Shown here in pieces: positions 38,473 to 49,600 of a stretch of 64,000 nucleotides of DNA (the first letter of the stretch is position 1; the number at the start of each line of letters is the position of its first letter). The position numbers were made by a program, and so were the translations under genes. Origin of the DNA: a virus; IMG/VR virus record IMGVR_UViG_3300024261_002139, positions 2,921 through 66,920 of that record. The stretch is one strand, 5' to 3'. The notes beneath the pieces are model-generated. The model ran no database searches and was not told where the DNA came from. It worked only from the letters and a program-made list of their open reading frames with translations.

Positions 38473-41358
38473 ATGGCAATAGATCAAACACAGAAATTCA
38501 GATTTGTTTCACCTGGTATCTTCATCGATGAAATTGACAGATCGCAATTACCAAAAATACCCGGAGCAATCGGCCCAGTAGTCATTGGCAGATCCGAAAG
38601 AGGCCCCGGCTTGACACCAGTTAAGCTGAACTCTTACTTGGATTTTGTGAACATATTCGGAAACCCACAAAGGGGAGTTGGTAGCAACGATGTCTGGAGA
38701 AACGGAAACAACACTGCTCCTACATATGGTGCTTATGCTGCACAAGCATATTTGAAGAACTCTGCACCCCTGACTTTCGTTCGTTTGCTCGGCGCTGAAT
38801 CCCCCGATGCCTTTGCGAACGAAGGTGAGGCTGGATGGAAAACTAAAAACTTGGCCTTTGAATCAGACTCGCCTAGCACCAATGGTGGTGCTTATGGTTT
38901 GTTCTTAATCCCCTCTGGTACTTTTGCAGCAGACACCGCAGTTGATTGTCCTCTGGCAGCCGTCTTTTATGTTGGCGAAGGCAAGATGAGATTGGTTGGT
39001 AAAACCCCTGCCGGAAGAATTGTCTCTTCGTCTGCCGGCCAAGATGGTTGCGGAACCTTTGTCCGGACGATAGGTAGTGACTTTGAGCTTGAAGCAACTA
39101 TCTTTAAAGCTGATGGTACTGACATAGAAAAGAGAACGACTTTTAACTTTAATGAAAACTCTCACAAGTATATCCGAAGAGTGTTCAACACGAACCCTAC
39201 TCTTACAAACTCGGACATAACACCATCAGACGGACTCACGAACTATTGGCTTGGGGAAACTTTTGACAATTTCATCAAGAACAAGATCAATGCTAATCTA
39301 GATGCTGGCGAAGCATATGGTTGCTTAGTGCCGCTTCAACAAGGCTCATCAACTGCCTATGCCGATCAGAGACAGCCTGCTCAGGCAGCTGCTTCCGGTT
39401 GGGTAATCTCTCAAGATCTCAATACGGTTACTGCTTCTTTTGATCCTTCTGATATGACGAAGTTGTTCAAGTTCCATGCTCTTGGCGAAGGGGCTGGCGA
39501 ATGGGAACAGAACAACATTAAGGTTTCCATTACAGATATAAAAACCTCAAACAACCCATTGGTTAACGAGTATGGAAGCTTTACTGTCTTAGTCAGGCAA
39601 TTGGAAGATGATAAAGATGCATCTCCCGTCATACTAGAACAATATACTGAATGTGGCCTTAATCCCGCTGCAAATAACTATGTTGCCAATAAGATTGGTG
39701 ACAAGTCTTTGGAATGGAGTGACTCTGAAAGAAGATATACCACTCTTGGAACTTATCCCAACAGCTCAAGATATATTAGGGTAGAGATGAATCCAGATAT
39801 TGAAGTAGGTGGAGTTGATCCTAGGACTCTCCCCTTCGGTGCCTTTGGGCCTCTCAAGTTGAATACTGTACCGGTCGCTTCTGGTTCTAGTGTTGAGAGC
39901 GGAACTAGCTTTCTACAAGGTTCAGGAAGCTCTCCTGACTTTCCGACGACTGCGACAGGAAGTGGGTTTGACATAGATATTAGTTTCTCTGGCTCTTTCC
40001 TTTTTCCGGAAATCCCACTTGTTGCCACGGCATCAGAAACTGGGGTTCCTGATTTTAAGGATGCTTTCTATGGCATTGATGTAACTAAATCTGGTAGCTA
40101 TTCTTTTGATGAGGGGTACAGAGATTATGTCAAAGTAAAACCAAAAACAGTAGATAATCATGCTGACGATGGAAGCACTGTCTATCAATGGGTGTTTACT
40201 CTTGATGATGTCATTGCCACAACTGGTTCTTCAGGCGACATAGACGATGCTTATTATCAAGCAAACTCCAGGCTCTCAGGAACTTCCATCAGTGCTAGTG
40301 GTTCTCTGAACTATGAGAGCACCCTTGATGCCGGCGTCACACAGTTTACTATTCCACTGTTCGGTGGTTCTGACGGGCTAGACCTAACAGAACAAGAGCC
40401 GTTCAGAAACTCTGGAACGAAGAGCAAAACAGAGAAGACAAGCTATGCTTACTACTCAATCAAGAGAGCGATTGATTCTGTCTCGGATCCGGAAGTGATT
40501 GAGATGAATATAGCTACTGTGCCTGGTGTCACTAATACGGGTCTAACAGACCACCTTATGAACACTTGCGAATCCAGGGCAGATGCTCTTGCGATTATTG
40601 ACCCGGAAGGTGGCTACACTCCGGCATCGGAAGCAGCAACTACGGAAGCAGTAAGATCACGAACTGGTGTTGACGAAGTTGTATCAAACATACGGGATAG
40701 AGGATTAAACACTAGCTATGGCTGTGCTTACTATCCTTGGGTACAGATCAGAGATAGAACAACTAATTTTCCTCTCAATGTGCCACCTAGTGTTGTTGCC
40801 CTGGGCACCATGGCTAGTTCACAAGAGAGTACTGCGGTTTGGTTCGCTCCTGCTGGATTTAACCGAGGCGGATTGTCCGAAGGCTCCGCTGGTATCGCGG
40901 TGACAGATGTTAAAGATAGACTTACTGCCAAGAAGCGAGACAAGTTGTATGAACACAATATTAATCCGATTGCCTCATTCCCGTCAGAGGGTATTGTGAT
41001 TTTCGGACAAAAAACTCTTCAGTCTACTCCTTCTGCTCTTGACAGAATTAATGTTAGAAGATTGTTGATTTTCTTGAAGAAGGGTATTTCCAATATCGCT
41101 TCTAGAATTTTGTTTGACCAGAATGTCCAAGTGACTTGGGATAGGTTCACGAGCCAGGTTAATCCATATTTAGATTCTGTTAAATCCGGACTAGGGTTGA
41201 CTGACTATAAAGTCCTTCTTGATGAAACCACAACGACACCTGATTTGATTGATAGAAACATCTTGTATGCCAAGATTTTCCTGAAGCCAGCCCGTGCAAT
41301 TGAGTTCATTGCTTTGGATTTCATAGTCACGAGAACCGGTGCTTCTTTCGACGATTAA
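38473..41358 (+). CDS. Contractile tail sheath protein
   Basis: Start ATG 38473; FVSPGIFIDEID, YYPWV, PPS, WFAPAGFNRG, INPI, GQKTLQ, DRINVRRL. Confidence 0.96.
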   Translation: MAIDQTQKFRFVSPGIFIDEIDRSQLPKIPGAIGPVVIGRSERGPGLTPVKLNSYLDFVNIFGNPQRGVGSNDVWRNGNNTAPTYGAYAAQAYLKNSAPLTFVRLLGAESPDAFANEGEAGWKTKNLAFESDSPSTNGGAYGLFLIPSGTFAADTAVDCPLAAVFYVGEGKMRLVGKTPAGRIVSSSAGQDGCGTFVRTIGSDFELEATIFKADGTDIEKRTTFNFNENSHKYIRRVFNTNPTLTNSDITPSDGLTNYWLGETFDNFIKNKINANLDAGEAYGCLVPLQQGSSTAYADQRQPAQAAASGWVISQDLNTVTASFDPSDMTKLFKFHALGEGAGEWEQNNIKVSITDIKTSNNPLVNEYGSFTVLVRQLEDDKDASPVILEQYTECGLNPAANNYVANKIGDKSLEWSDSERRYTTLGTYPNSSRYIRVEMNPDIEVGGVDPRTLPFGAFGPLKLNTVPVASGSSVESGTSFLQGSGSSPDFPTTATGSGFDIDISFSGSFLFPEIPLVATASETGVPDFKDAFYGIDVTKSGSYSFDEGYRDYVKVKPKTVDNHADDGSTVYQWVFTLDDVIATTGSSGDIDDAYYQANSRLSGTSISASGSLNYESTLDAGVTQFTIPLFGGSDGLDLTEQEPFRNSGTKSKTEKTSYAYYSIKRAIDSVSDPEVIEMNIATVPGVTNTGLTDHLMNTCESRADALAIIDPEGGYTPASEAATTEAVRSRTGVDEVVSNIRDRGLNTSYGCAYYPWVQIRDRTTNFPLNVPPSVVALGTMASSQESTAVWFAPAGFNRGGLSEGSAGIAVTDVKDRLTAKKRDKLYEHNINPIASFPSEGIVIFGQKTLQSTPSALDRINVRRLLIFLKKGISNIASRILFDQNVQVTWDRFTSQVNPYLDSVKSGLGLTDYKVLLDETTTTPDLIDRNILYAKIFLKPARAIEFIALDFIVTRTGASFDD

Positions 41359-41371
41359 AAAAAAGACATTA

Positions 41372-41378
41372 CTATTTA
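41372..41378 (+). promoter_or_regulatory. Putative late promoter CTATTTA for tail tube gene
   Basis: (C)TAnTTA motif upstream of GGAGG RBS. Confidence 0.6.
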
Positions 41379-41404
41379 TTAGTAAATTTGGAGGATAATA
41401 AAAA

Positions 41405-42079
41405 ATGGCAAATGATGTAACTAACTTTTGGACAACCCCCGGAGAAGATCCGAAAAGAGCATATAGGTTCTTGGTTACTTTCCCTAACATGCCTAATGGA
41501 GCTACTTGGTATGCTAAAAAGTGTTCCAAGCCATCTATGACAATAAGTGAGGCAGCCCATAAATACATTAATCACACTTTTTATTATCCTGGCAAAGTTG
41601 AGTGGGACAAAGTTACCGTCACATTGGTAGACCCTGTTTCGCCAGATGCTGCTAATAATCTGGCAGCGTTGTTAGAATCGGCTGGGTATGTTATCCCAGG
41701 AGATTATGCAGATACCACTACTATGTCAAAAGCAGCTGCCACTAGGATGTTAGGGGAGATTAAAATTCGTCAACTTGGATCCAGATCACCAAACGGTGGC
41801 AATATCCAGCCAGCTTTGGAAACCTGGACATTGAAAAATGCTTGGATCACTTCCGTTAAGTTTGGCGAGTTGGACTATGATTCAGATGATCTGACGAATA
41901 TTGACCTTGAAATTCGATATGACTGGGCAGAATTAGAAACGTCAAACAAAGACATCACTTCCATCACAACAGCAGCAGACACGAATGCAGAACATGGTAC
42001 ACAGGCACCGAGCCCCAGTAATGCCAGATTTAAGCCCACCAGCCGCGACGCGGTAACCGATCCGGCTCTGGAATCATAA
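41405..42079 (+). CDS. Tail tube protein (gp19-like)
   Basis: PKRAYRF, YPGKVEW, TLVDP, ETWTLKNAW, FGELDY, IRYDWA. Confidence 0.92.
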   Translation: MANDVTNFWTTPGEDPKRAYRFLVTFPNMPNGATWYAKKCSKPSMTISEAAHKYINHTFYYPGKVEWDKVTVTLVDPVSPDAANNLAALLESAGYVIPGDYADTTTMSKAAATRMLGEIKIRQLGSRSPNGGNIQPALETWTLKNAWITSVKFGELDYDSDDLTNIDLEIRYDWAELETSNKDITSITTAADTNAEHGTQAPSPSNARFKPTSRDAVTDPALES

Positions 42080-42109
42080 GATAAGACAAAATAAATATAC
42101 GAGGTATTT

Positions 42110-42988
42110 ATGACCGTAAGAAACAATGAAGAGCGATTGGGGGTTAAAGACACTGGTACTAACCCGCCAATCACTCAACCTGCTTCAAGTGAAGCATCTG
42201 TTCCGAACACTCCATTACAATTTTCAACACCAACAGAATTTGTTGATTTGCCATCAAAGGGTAAATATTATCCAAGTGGTCACCCACTTCACGGCAAAGA
42301 CAGTGTTGAGATTCGTTTTATGACAGCGAAGGAAGAAGACATTCTAACATCAAAAACTCTTTTAAAGAAGGGCATAGCGATTGACAGAATGCTTCAGAAT
42401 TTGGTTGTTGATAAATCTGTCCTTATAGACGATCTTCTCGTTGGAGACAAAAATGCTCTAATAGTTGCTGCTCGTGTATCTGGGTATGGAGCAGAATATG
42501 AAACCAGTGTAACTTGTCCTGCTTGCGGGACATCCTGTAAACACTCTTTTGATCTAAGCGACGGCTCCGTCCAAGGGGGAGAAGAAAATTTAGAAGATGT
42601 CGGCATGGGAGTGACGAAAACACCAGACAACACTTTCATAACAAGGTTGATAAAAACAGATGTGGAAGTGGAATTGAGGTTGCTTATTGGGAAAGATGAA
42701 AAAGCCCTAATGAAGACAGCCGAGAAGAGAAAGAAACACAAGCTACCAGAAAACAACTCAACAGAACAAACCAAGATGATATTGGTGTCTGTTGGGGGGC
42801 ATACAGATGCAGCGACCATCAACTCTCTTGTTGATAATCTTCCGGCTCTTGATTCTAGACAGCTGAGAGAAGCATATCAAAAGATAACACCAAACATTGA
42901 TTTAACACAGGAGTTCGTCTGTGGCACTTGCGATTACGAACAGGACATGGAGGTTCCTTTTACAACGGACTTTTTTTGGCCTAAGTGA
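42110..42988 (+). CDS. Baseplate hub/tail assembly chaperone (T4 gp26-like)
   Basis: LPSKG.YY, MTAKEEDIL, two CxxC, ends DFFWPK. Confidence 0.85.
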   Translation: MTVRNNEERLGVKDTGTNPPITQPASSEASVPNTPLQFSTPTEFVDLPSKGKYYPSGHPLHGKDSVEIRFMTAKEEDILTSKTLLKKGIAIDRMLQNLVVDKSVLIDDLLVGDKNALIVAARVSGYGAEYETSVTCPACGTSCKHSFDLSDGSVQGGEENLEDVGMGVTKTPDNTFITRLIKTDVEVELRLLIGKDEKALMKTAEKRKKHKLPENNSTEQTKMILVSVGGHTDAATINSLVDNLPALDSRQLREAYQKITPNIDLTQEFVCGTCDYEQDMEVPFTTDFFWPK

Positions 42989-43166
42989 TGAATACATAAA
43001 AAATGTATATGAAGAATTTTTTCTAATGAAATATCATGGTGGGTGGAGCTTCATTGAGGCTTACAACCTTCCAGTGCTTATCAGAAGGTGGTTTTTGGAA
43101 AGATTAAGCGAGCAACTTGAAAAAGAAGCCGAATCTATGGAAAAAGCGTCCAAAGGCAAAAAGTAA
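42971..43166 (+). CDS. gp51-like chaperone segment, possibly expressed by frameshift from the upstream gene
   Basis: Frame open through T7 run: FFGLSDEYIKNVYEEFFLMKYHGGWSFIEAYNLP..IRRWF; no good RBS-linked start before Met at 43026. Confidence 0.65.
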
Positions 43167-43185
43167 AAAATAGGAACTATGCATT

Positions 43186-43213
43186 ATAAAAGAGCCAATA
43201 TTGGCTCTTTTAT
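43186..43213. terminator. Perfect 28-bp palindrome, probable bidirectional intrinsic terminator
   Basis: ATAAAAGAGCCAAT-ATTGGCTCTTTTAT followed by T-rich tract. Confidence 0.7.
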
Positions 43214-43228
43214 TTTGTTTTCAGTTGA

Positions 43229-43235
43229 CTAATTA
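43229..43235 (+). promoter_or_regulatory. Putative late promoter CTAATTA
   Basis: Directly downstream of terminator, upstream of AAGGAG RBS. Confidence 0.6.
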
Positions 43236-43268
43236 GAAGGTAAAGGTGAACCTTAAGGAGTGTTTTGC

Positions 43269-43613
43269 ATGGAAAATACGGAAATAAAAGAAGACAAACT
43301 ACAAGAAGTCACAATTGATCTGAATGCCGCCTCTAAAGGCAAGCTAGATGAAAGTTGGCTGACTATGTTTGGCTCTGGAATACAGATGATATTAAAGAAG
43401 ATGTTTGGGGGCTCTACGATACCTGTCGCTGTCAAAGGGACAAGAACTCAGATAGATTCTTTTGCCAAAACCATTGGAAGAGAAAAGAAATATATGGATA
43501 CATATCTCAAGCATGGTTTGGATAATCCACGAACATATAAGAGCAGATATAGACTTGATCAGGCGGTTAATAAATTTGAAAGAGCTACTGGTATAAAATG
43601 GCCTTTTAAATAA
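43269..43613 (+). CDS. Hypothetical protein of tail module
   Basis: AAGGAG RBS before ATG 43269; ends KFERATGIKWPFK. Confidence 0.7.
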   Translation: MENTEIKEDKLQEVTIDLNAASKGKLDESWLTMFGSGIQMILKKMFGGSTIPVAVKGTRTQIDSFAKTIGREKKYMDTYLKHGLDNPRTYKSRYRLDQAVNKFERATGIKWPFK

Positions 43614-43633
43614 ACAAAAAGGTTGTAGCATAG

Positions 43634-46600
43634 ATGGCAAACACCACAAAGAAAACACCGTTTAGCATATACAGTTCTTCGGTTAACACAGGTTACGGCT
43701 CGGAGATATCCTCCAGCTTTATGCCTGGTGTTGATATTACTAATCTACACTCAGATGAATACGGTGATTCTCGTGATGCCCCTGCTCAAGGCCCATTTAC
43801 AGAAAAGTATGTTGGTGGCAATCAACATAGACATGTTGCCTTAAACGATGGTGGCGATACTCCTGAAACCCGTCCAGAGTTGTTTCATTTATCAATGAGC
43901 CTTGGGGCTCTTGAGATATCTGGGATTGATACTTTGGACGTAAATCGACCAAGGGCATATTATCTTAGAGACGAACTCGCAAAGAGGCCCCTTAACATAA
44001 GGAATATCCAACAGACCACTGGCTCAACAATCATCGGGAATTATACTCACGATTATGAGTTTGTTCAGACTTCTGGAAGATTTGTAAACAACAGGGCATT
44101 CATAGAAAGTCAAGGTGAAGGGTTTGCTCAGTATGTTACAACACAGTTTATTACAGGGGCAAAAGACCCAAATAGAGCTTTACCAGACTTCGATCTAACC
44201 GGTTCAAACAAATTTGTATTTGTCAATCGTTTTAATGCCCCAGGAGGCCCTGATGTAAGCTCTAGGGGAGTTCTAGATACATACTCGGAAGAGTATGCCC
44301 CCAACAATGTAATGACAGTGAGGAACCACTCAGTTCGTTCTTTACTAAGAAGTGATTTAGCAAGACATACACCGAAGGCAACGACTCGAACTTCTGCTTA
44401 TAAAGGTTATACAACTCCAACTGAATTTCACAACGACAATAGAAATCCAAAAGCAACGAAAAATTTGAGAGTGTATCAATTAGGCTTATCACCACAGGAC
44501 TCAATTGAGGATTTGGTTGCGACCCCACCGTCGCCACATGGTGTTGCCATTGATGTGATTGCTGGGAAGATGTACTGGGTAGATGATAGCACCGATGAGA
44601 TTCAGAGAGCAAACTTAGATGGCTCTAACCAAGAAGTGGTTCTTGTGCCTTCTGGCAACCCCACCATGTATGATGTTGCCATAGACACAACTGCTGGAAA
44701 AATGTATTGGACAGATTATACCACTCCAAGAATCCAACGAGCAAACTTAGATGGATCCGGTGAAGAAGACCTTGTTACAGCAGGGCTATCTACTCCATTT
44801 GGTATTGCTCTGGACACAGATGCTGGAAAAATGTATTGGACAGATTATACCACTCCAAAGATCCAACGAGCGAATTTAGACGGCTCCAGTGTAGAAGACC
44901 TTCCCACAGTAGTAGGTTCTCAGCCAAAAGGTATCGCTTTGGACGTGACTGCGGGAAAGATGTATTGGATAGAGAGAGTCGGCTCAAAAATCCGTCGTGC
45001 AAACCTAGATGGCAGTGACTCTGAAGACATTCTTTCAGATAGTGGTACAATTTCTTACCTTTTTCTTGATACGGTTGCTGAAAAGATATACTGGACAAAT
45101 AATACATATGACAACATCAAAAGAGCAAATTTCGATGGAACGAGTGTAGAAAGCATTGTTAGCATTTCTGCTCCTAGTGAACTCACAGGCATTGCCCTTG
45201 ACACTTCGGCTGGGAAAATATACTGGGCAGACAGGACAACTGACAAGATTCAACGAGCAAATATGCCAGATGTGAGTGAATATAAATCATTCGACAATGC
45301 ACACGTAACTCACGAAATACCACAAGCAGATTTAAGATATGCTTGGATTCATGCTTCTGCCATCACAACAGAAGACCAATTACCAGGACACCAAAATAGT
45401 AGTTCTGTTCCTTATCGACCCTTTGATGATATTCAATATGTATCAAGCAGTGATTTTGTGTCGTTCGGGTTACAGGGTGATGTTGGGTATCCTAGTGGCT
45501 ATGCAAAAGGAAGAAGATTCGGAAAGAGCAAGTCAGATGTTTATACTGGAGGTTCAACGGATACTAGCGGGGGGTTAGATCTTCTTACCAACACTATCTC
45601 TTCTATGACAGTAGTAGATATGTCACTGGATCCATATAGAGAAAAAATATATTATATTGATAGAGCCACCGCCACTAATTTTAAAATAAAAAGAATAGAT
45701 TTTGATGGAATGAATGATGCGGTACTATATGAGACGGGATCTGAGATCACGGCATTAGAATTGGATATCCCAAATGAAAAAATTTATTTCTCAATTGCAT
45801 ATGACTCTGCGGCATCGCCTTCCGGTGCTGAAGTGTTTGAAATGCCATCAGCTGGAACTGCATCAGCTGCTTCCTCCTCTGTGGCTATTTTTGGAGATTA
45901 TGATACATCTGAGATAAAGGCATTAACATATGATTCTATCGACGCGAGATTATATTATAATTTAAACAATGGAGCATCCGCCCTCTCCGCTGATGACTAT
46001 ATTAAATTTGGATATATTGATATATCTGATTCATCAAGAAACGATGTCTGGACTAATCCACCTGGATCAAGACATTTTGTAACTTCTATGGCTTTTGATT
46101 CGGCAGAGAAAAAGATATACTGGGCTCAGCACCACGACAGTTCTGGCTTTGCAGAGATGGGGATATATAAGACATCTAGACTTGATCTTCCAGAAATCAC
46201 GGCATCTTTAATATTGTCAGTTGACGATGTTGGCTCTTCACCGAGGGAAGTCATTTCTGTATCTTTAGACAACTACCGCAATAAGGTGTATTTTACTGCA
46301 AGACAATCTTTGACTGGTGCCGAGATTCCAGAAATGTATCGTTGTGATAAAGATGGAAGCAACTTGGAATATGTCTTTACCGAATTATATTATGGACCAA
46401 ATGTATCTGCCCCTTTATCGTATGGTGTACAGATAAATTCGTTTGAATATAACGCTGCTGATGACGGAATCTATTGGGCATCTAGATCTGGAAGTTCTGA
46501 TGCCAGAATCGCCCGCTGGCGAGGTTTCCACGGACCTGGCACCCACACCGATCAAGTTTGGACTGACTTTGCTGGGATAAATTTCCATATCTATGAACCT

Positions 46601-49600
46601 GTAGATTTAACTCAGAATACGGCAGGACACACTGATTCAACTTTCGTTGCCGGCGACTCAGAACCAAATCAAAAGCCGAAGAATTTCGTAAAGACATTGA
46701 TAGACAACCCTTCTTCCCCCGCTACAACACTTAGAGATGTAGAGCTTGACACCGTTAACAAAAAAATGTACTGGACTGACTCAAGTTTGCACACTATAGA
46801 GAGAGCAGACTTGGATGGTGGCAATAGAGAGATTTTATATAATACAACTATAGACGAATATGGTGTTGCCATACAAAGTCCATATGGACTTGCATTAGAC
46901 ATTGATGCTGGCTTTCTTTATTTTACCGATTTTGGTACACTGCAAAAGAGAGTGAGAAGGGGCAGCCTTGATGGTACTGCTCCCTTGCTGGTCTTGGCAG
47001 ACAGCAACGACGGCTTGGGCCTTCCCGCTGGGATGAATATCGATGTGGCAAATTCAAGATTGTATTTTGTTGACAGTGTAGCTGATGTTATCTTTACCAT
47101 GAGCACCGTGTCTGGAAGCGCAGTTACCACCCTCCTACAAACTGGAAAAAGCCCAAACTGTATTGCACTAGATACGGTTAACAACAAAATGTATTGGACA
47201 GACTCTGGCGACGGCACCGCCGTCGATGACCTTGATACAATACAGAGAGCAAATTTAGATGGCACTGGTGCGGAGGTATTGATAAATTTTCCCAATCCAA
47301 CCGCTAACACTCCCCGTGGCATCGTCCTCGATGTGTCTGCCAATAAAATGTATTGGACAGACTCTAATATAGACAAAATCCAGCGAGCTAATCTAGATGG
47401 CACAAACATAGAAACATTGTTCGACAGTGAAGAGCCAGGCGATTTGCAAGACCCATCCGGCATAACAATAGATACCAGCACTGGTTTGTTGTACTGGTCT
47501 GATTTCGGTTCTTCGGAAGATAATATAAAAAGGTCTTATATACCAGAAGCTTTAATATTCGGAAATGCTAACGAAGCCGATCCCTCTGTATATAACGAAA
47601 GAGGCATTGTTCAGTATCTAAATGCTCACGGACCAGGACATACAATCGATTATAGAGTAGACGTTGACAATAGCGGGTCTGATATAGGCAGAACAGCCAT
47701 CTTCAACTCACTTATGCTTCATCGCAACGGACCATATCAACACCCTTCTTGGAAGTCAATCAGAACTGGCGAGCACAAAGTTGCTCGTCAAATGAAAAAA
47801 GAAAATATCATTTCAGTTGAAGATCCAGCTGAAGCATTTACTGTTGTTGAGGGTAACACAAGATTGACAATAAACCCAAAAGGCAGCAATACATCAACAA
47901 ACTTTACAGAGCCCCTAGTCAGCTCAAAGTATAAACCAGTCAAACACCTTTTCACTTTGAAAGGTGCTAAATCTAACACATCTGCTTATCAAGTGAAAAG
48001 CACATATGCTAATAACATATCTTATTTTGCGAACAAGGCATTGAATGCGAAATTAACTTTGCTTAAGTGTGGTGATCAAGCATATAATAGATTTCTGGAC
48101 ATGTATGATAGTGTCAATAGCACACTGGCAGAAGAAGAAAACCCAGTAAAAGATTTCATTTCTTTCAAATACAACGAAACAGTTTATCCAAAGGAAGAGA
48201 ACACTTATTTGAACATAATTCGCACAAGAGATCAATATGCCGAGGTTGCTGGTTATGGTGTTAATGGTTACGACAAGCAGTATGGAACCCAAAGAACCTT
48301 TTGGAGAGACAATATTGCTGATAGGCAGAGAACACCAGAAGAGTTTTTGGATTCTTTGGGGCAGAAAACGATAGAACCTATATTCACAGCTTTACAATCT
48401 GTTAAGGCAGGTAGCTTAAATGTTCATGCTGGTGGTAGGTCCGTGTGGCCAATTGATGTTGCGTCAGATATAGAATTTGAAAGTTTAGTTGATTCTGTTC
48501 TTTTAAGTTCCTTTGGCTTCACAACAGATTTGGAAACATGGCCCTGGAAGACTTTAAGCTCTCAGGATTCTGGAGAACTAGTAAAAGGTAATTTTATTTT
48601 TAACCTTATGTATAGTGGAACCAACCCCCCCTTAGACAATAACGGGTTTTTTAGATTAATACAAAGAGAAAGGTGGTATAATTCTTGGACAGATGAGCTT
48701 GTTGGCGGATACAGCGGTAGAAATGCTCCTCTTGACTATTGTTATTTTCTTGGTGGCTATCAATCTGGATCTGGTGTTTCTGGTTCATCTGCTCCATACA
48801 ATTCTACCTTAGATCACGGGTTAAACTATAAGATACAAGAAGAGTCTGGCAAAAAACCATGGTTTGATTCTTATGATGAGTATTCAAGTGATATTAGATA
48901 TGCAGCAAAGGACTATTCTGTCATTCCCGAATTTAGAATATCTGATCAAATAGAGTATTATTTCGGACAGAACACAGGAAAGCATGTGGGGATAAGTAAT
49001 AACAAGATTTTCAATTTGAAGGGTGCTAGTCTATCTTCCAGCGCCACAACAGAAACATCACCCTTTGATGAGGATTTCTTTAAGACATACCTTCATTCAG
49101 ATATTTCGAAAGATTATGATAGGGTATCTTCAGACCACAAAGGATTGGCTTCTTTAGACAGGATCACCCTCAGATGCAAGGGAATCAAAAAGCTCCTTCC
49201 ATATACAGGGTTCTATCCGCAAAACAGAACATTGCAAATGGCATCTCTCTTGTCGCAGTCTCTAATACCATATGTAGGCGGCAAGCAACTGGTGTTGGAC
49301 GACACAACAAATTTCTATACAGATGTGGATACCGAGACACAGATAAAAGCGTCGGCAACACAGCCACTCTTTAGTCCAGGAATTTTATATAACACGATAA
49401 AGTCAGGGATAGCTGTTGATTGGCCTCTCTTCACCGGCTCCATAATGGAAGACGAATATAGTGTTGCGTCACTGGCGAATCCTATAAATCGGCTATTTCC
49501 ATCGTCTACCCCGCCAGACACTTACGGGGAGTCGTTCCCCTGGCCCCACGAGGTATACGGTAGGGCCGCAAACTATAGATTACCGTTTGAGACGTTGGCT

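Noticed and set aside
44692-44858. DGR template/variable repeat or CRISPR array
   Set aside because: Two in-frame copies at protein-repeat period, no adenine-specific pattern, no reverse transcriptase or spacers
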